Shown here: piece by piece, positions 60,701 through 64,000 of the stretch
Position numbering within the stretch: position 1 is the stretch's first letter
Layout of the letters: every line of letters starts with the position of its first letter
Assembly (NCBI RefSeq): GCF_009914755.1
Contig: NC_060925.1
Strand: one strand, 5' to 3'
Length of the DNA stretch: 64,000 bases
From: the human T2T-CHM13v2.0 reference genome, Homo sapiens
Notes under the pieces: generated by a model
Seen by the model: the letters and a program-made list of their open reading frames with translations, nothing else
Database searches by the model: none
Told to the model about the DNA's origin: nothing
Translations under genes and position numbers: made by a program

Positions 60701-63700
60701 CAAATATCCACTTGCAGATCCTACAAAAAGTGTGTTTCGAAACTGCTCCATCCAAAGGAATGTTCAGCTCTGTGAGTTGAACTCAATCGTCACAAAGTGT
60801 TTCCTGAGAATGCTACTGTCTAGATTTCATGGGCAGTGATTTCCTCTACTGCCATAGGCTTCAAAGCGGTCCAAATCTCCCCTTGCAGATTCTACCAAAA
60901 GTGTGTTTCCAAACGGCTCTACCAAAGGGAATGTTCAACTCTGTGACTTGAAAGGAATCATCAAAATGTAGTTTCGGAGAATGCTTCCATCTAGCTTTTA
61001 TGAGTAGATAGTTGATTTTCCACCACAGGCCTCGAAACCCTCCAAATGTCCACTTGCAGATTCTAGAAAGAGAGGGTTTCAAAGCTGCTCTATCAAAAGG
61101 AAAGTACAACTCTGGGAGTTGAATGCAAACATCACAAAGTAGTCTCTGAGCATGCTTCCATTTAGCTTTTATGGGAAGATAGTCCCTTTTCCATCGAAAT
61201 CTTCAAAGAGGTCCAAGTATCCGCTTGCAGGTCCCTCTGAAAGAGTGTTTCCAAGCTGCTGTATCAAAAGGAGCCTTCCACTCCGTGAGTTGAATGCAGT
61301 CATCACAAAGAAGAAGTCTCTGACAATGCTTCTCTCTAGTTTTTATGTGAAGATATTTCCTTTTCCACCACAGGCCTGAAAGCGCAACAAATGTCCACTT
61401 GGAGACTCTACGAAAAGAATGTTTCAAAACTGTTCTATGAAAAGCAAGGTTAAACTCTGGGAGTTGAACACATGCCTCACAAAGAAGTTTCTGAGAAGGC
61501 ATCTGTTTACTCTTTATGTGAAGATATTCCCGTTTGCAAAGAAATCTTCACAGAGTTCCACCTATCCATGGGCAGATTCTAGAGAAACAGAGTTTCGAAA
61601 CTGCTCTATCCAAAGGAATGTTCAACTCTCTGAGTTGAATGCAATCATCACAGAGAGGTTCCTGAGAAGGCTTCTGTCTGGATTTTATGTGAAGATATAC
61701 CCGTTTCGAACGAAGGCCACATAGTGCTCCAAATATCCACTTGCAGATCCTACAAAAAGAGAGTTTCAAACGTGAGCTATCGAAGGAAGGTTCAACTCTG
61801 GACTTTGAATGCAAACGTCCCAAAGAAGTTTCTTCGAAAGCTTCTGTTTAGTTAGGTGACCTTATCCCGTTTCCAACGAAATCCTCAGAGAGGTCCAAAT
61901 ATCCACTTGCAGATGCTACAAAAAGTGTGTTTCAAAACTGCTCCATCCAAAGGAATGTTCAGCTCTGTGAGTTACACTCAATCATCACAAAGTATTTTCT
62001 GAGAATGCTTCTGTCCAGTTTTTACTCGAAGCTATTTCCTTTACTACCGTAGGCCACAAAGCGTTCCAAATCTCCACTTGCAGATACTACGAAAAGAGTG
62101 TTTCAACCTGAACTCACAAGGGACGGTTCAACTCTGTGAGTTGAATGCCAACATCACGAAGAAGTTCCTGACAATGCTTCTGTTTAGTTAGGTGAGGTTT
62201 ATCCCGTTTCCAACGAAATCCTCAGAGAAGTCCAAATATCCACTTGCAGATCCTACAAAAAGTGTGTTTCGAAACTGCTCCATCCAAAGGAATGTTCAGC
62301 TCTGTGAGTTGAACTCAATCGTCACAAAGTGTTTCCTGAGAATGCTACTGTCTAGATTTCATGGGCAGTGATTTCCTCTACTGCCTTAGGCTTCAAAGCG
62401 GTCCAAATCTCCCCTTGCAGATTCTACCAAAAGTGTGTTTCCAAACGGCTCTACCAAAGGGAATGTTCAACTCTGTGACTTGAAAGGAATCATCAAAATG
62501 TAGTTTCGGAGAATGCTTCCATCTAGCTTTTATGAGGAGATATTTCCTTTTCCACCACAGGCCTCGAAGCCCTCCAAATGTCCACTTGCAGATTCTAGAA
62601 AGAGAGGGTTTCAAAGCTGCTCTATCAAAAGGAAAGTACAACTCTGGGATTTGAATGCAAACATCAGAAAGAAGTCTCTGAGCATGCTTCCATTTAGCTT
62701 TCATGGGAAGATTATCCCTTTTCCATCGAAATCTTCAAAGAGGTCCAAGTATCCGCTTGCAGGTCCCTCTGAAAGAGTGTTTCCAAGCTGCTGTATCAAA
62801 AGGAGCCTTCCACTCCGTGAGTTGAATGCAGTCATCACAAAGAAGAAGTTTCTGACAATGCTTCTCTCTAGTTTTTATGTGAAGATATTTCCTTTTCCAC
62901 CACAGGCCTGAAAGTGCTCCAAATGTCCACTTGGAGACTCTACGAAAAGAATGTTTCAAAACTGTTCTATGAAAAGCAAGGTTAAACTCTGGGAGTTGAA
63001 CACATGCCTCACAAAGATGTTTCTGAGAAGGCATCTGTTTACTCTTTATGTGAAGATATTCCCGTTTGCAAAGAAATCTTCACAGAGTTCCAGCTATTCA
63101 TGTGCAGATTCTAGAGAAACAGAGTTTCGAAACTGCTCTATCCAAAGGAATGTTCAACTCTCTGAGTTCAATGCAATCATCACAGAGTGGTTTCTGAGAA
63201 GGCTTCTGTCTGGATTTTATGTGAAAATATACCCGTTTCGAAAAAAGGCCACAAAGTGCTCCAAATATCCACTTGGAGATCCTACAAAAAGAGTGTTTCA
63301 AACGTGAGCTATCGAAGGAAGGTTCAACTCTGGACTTTGAATGCAAACTTCCCAAAGAAGTTTCTGCGAAAGCTTCTGTTTAGTTAGGTGACGTTATCCC
63401 GTTTCCAACGAAATCCTCAGAGAGGTCCAAATATCCACTTGCAGATGCTACAAAAAGTGTGTTTCAAAACTGCTCCATCCAAAGGAATGTTCAGCTCTGT
63501 GAGGTACACTCAAACATCACAAAGTATTTTCTGAGAATGCTTCTGTCCAGTTTTTACTCGAAGCTATTTCCTTTACTAACATAGGCCACAAAGCGTTCCA
63601 AATCTCCACTTGCAGATACTACGAAAAGAGAGTTTCATCCTGATCTCACAAGGGACGGTTCAACTCTCTGAGTTGAATGCCAACATCACGAAGAAGTTCC

Positions 63701-64000
63701 TGACAATGCTTCTGTTTAGTTAGGTGAGGTTTATCCCGTTTCCAACGAAATCCTCAGAGAAGTCCAAATATCCACTTGCAGATCCTACAAAAAGTGTGTT
63801 TCGAAACTGCTCCATCCAAAGGAATGTTCAGCTCTGTGAGTTGAACTCAATCGTCCAAAGTGTTTCCTGAGATTGCTACTGTCTAGATTTCATGGGCAGT
63901 GATTTCCTCTACTGCCTTAGGCTTCAAAGCAGTCCAAATCTCCCCTTGCAGATTCTACCAAAAGTGTGTTTCCAAACGGCTCTACCAAAGGGAATGTTCA
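48721..64000 (-). repeat. 9-monomer sister HOR array, 1532-bp unit, ~10 copies
   Basis: HindIII sites at 50086, 52647, 54179, 55711, 57243, 58775, 60306, 61838 and 63370 are spaced 1531-1532 bp, except across the deletion variant. Fixed diagnostic differences from the 11-mer include actcgaagcta, gggacgg, ttacactc, gcaggtccctctg, cgtcccaaag and a 3-bp insertion (caaagaagaag/caaaggagaag). Confidence 0.95.
50983..52011 (-). repeat. 6-monomer structural variant (1029 bp) of the 9-mer HOR, lacking three monomers (503 bp)
   Basis: Equivalent ORFs start at 50983 and 52012 (1029 bp apart instead of 1532). At 51508-51539 the sequence jumps from the cgaacgaaggccac monomer directly into the gtgtttcgaaactgctccatcc monomer, and the HindIII site of that unit is missing. 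Confidence 0.95.

Larger units (their letters stand above)
1..64000 (-). repeat. Alpha-satellite (alphoid) centromeric/pericentromeric DNA, ~171-bp monomers, uninterrupted, single orientation
   Basis: Alphoid motifs (caactctgtgagttgaatgca, atcacaaagaagtttctgagaatgcttctgt, ccaaatatccacttgcagattctaca) recur every ~166-174 bp throughout. CENP-B boxes and A-type boxes occupy the same monomer position. No non-alphoid stretch was seen. Confidence 0.99.

Noticed and set aside
958-63387. Dozens of 60-200 aa ORFs on both strands
   Set aside because: They recur with the HOR period, overlap in several frames, mostly use non-ATG starts and are internally periodic at 57 aa (171 bp/3). They are translations of satellite DNA with no recognisable protein family.
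1-64000. CRISPR-like or other repeat-spacer array
   Set aside because: The sequences between conserved motifs are homologous monomer parts that repeat with the HOR, not unique spacers, and there are no associated genes.
1-64000. L1/Alu insertion, inversion or non-alphoid island
   Set aside because: Unit spacing is fully accounted for by 1864-1867, 1531-1532 and 1029-bp units, orientation never changes, and there are no poly-A tails or target-site duplications.

Overview
The whole 64 kb window is primate (human-type) alpha-satellite DNA: ~171-bp monomers in a single orientation, with CENP-B boxes reading canonically on the - strand. I found no genes, transposon insertions or inversions. It contains two related higher-order repeat (HOR) arrays joined in register. 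From 1 to ~48.7 kb there are about 26 copies of a 1866-bp 11-monomer HOR with one HindIII site per unit. Its size and monomer order fit the SF3 chromosome-1 D1Z5/pSD1-1 (S3C1H2) family, an identification from recall and not verified by search. From ~48.7 kb to the end there are about 10 copies of a 1532-bp 9-monomer sister HOR. The 11-mer is almost invariant over the first ~22 kb and becomes progressively more diverged and mosaic to the right. The 9-mer array shows an alternating two-haplotype (3064-bp) super-period, a 6128-bp echo and one 6-mer deletion variant with a 32-bp identity at the breakpoint. All listed ORFs are artefacts of the repeat. I see no new protein- or RNA-coding system. The informative signal is structural: satellite turnover, a sharp HOR-to-HOR junction and position-specific decay of one CENP-B box.
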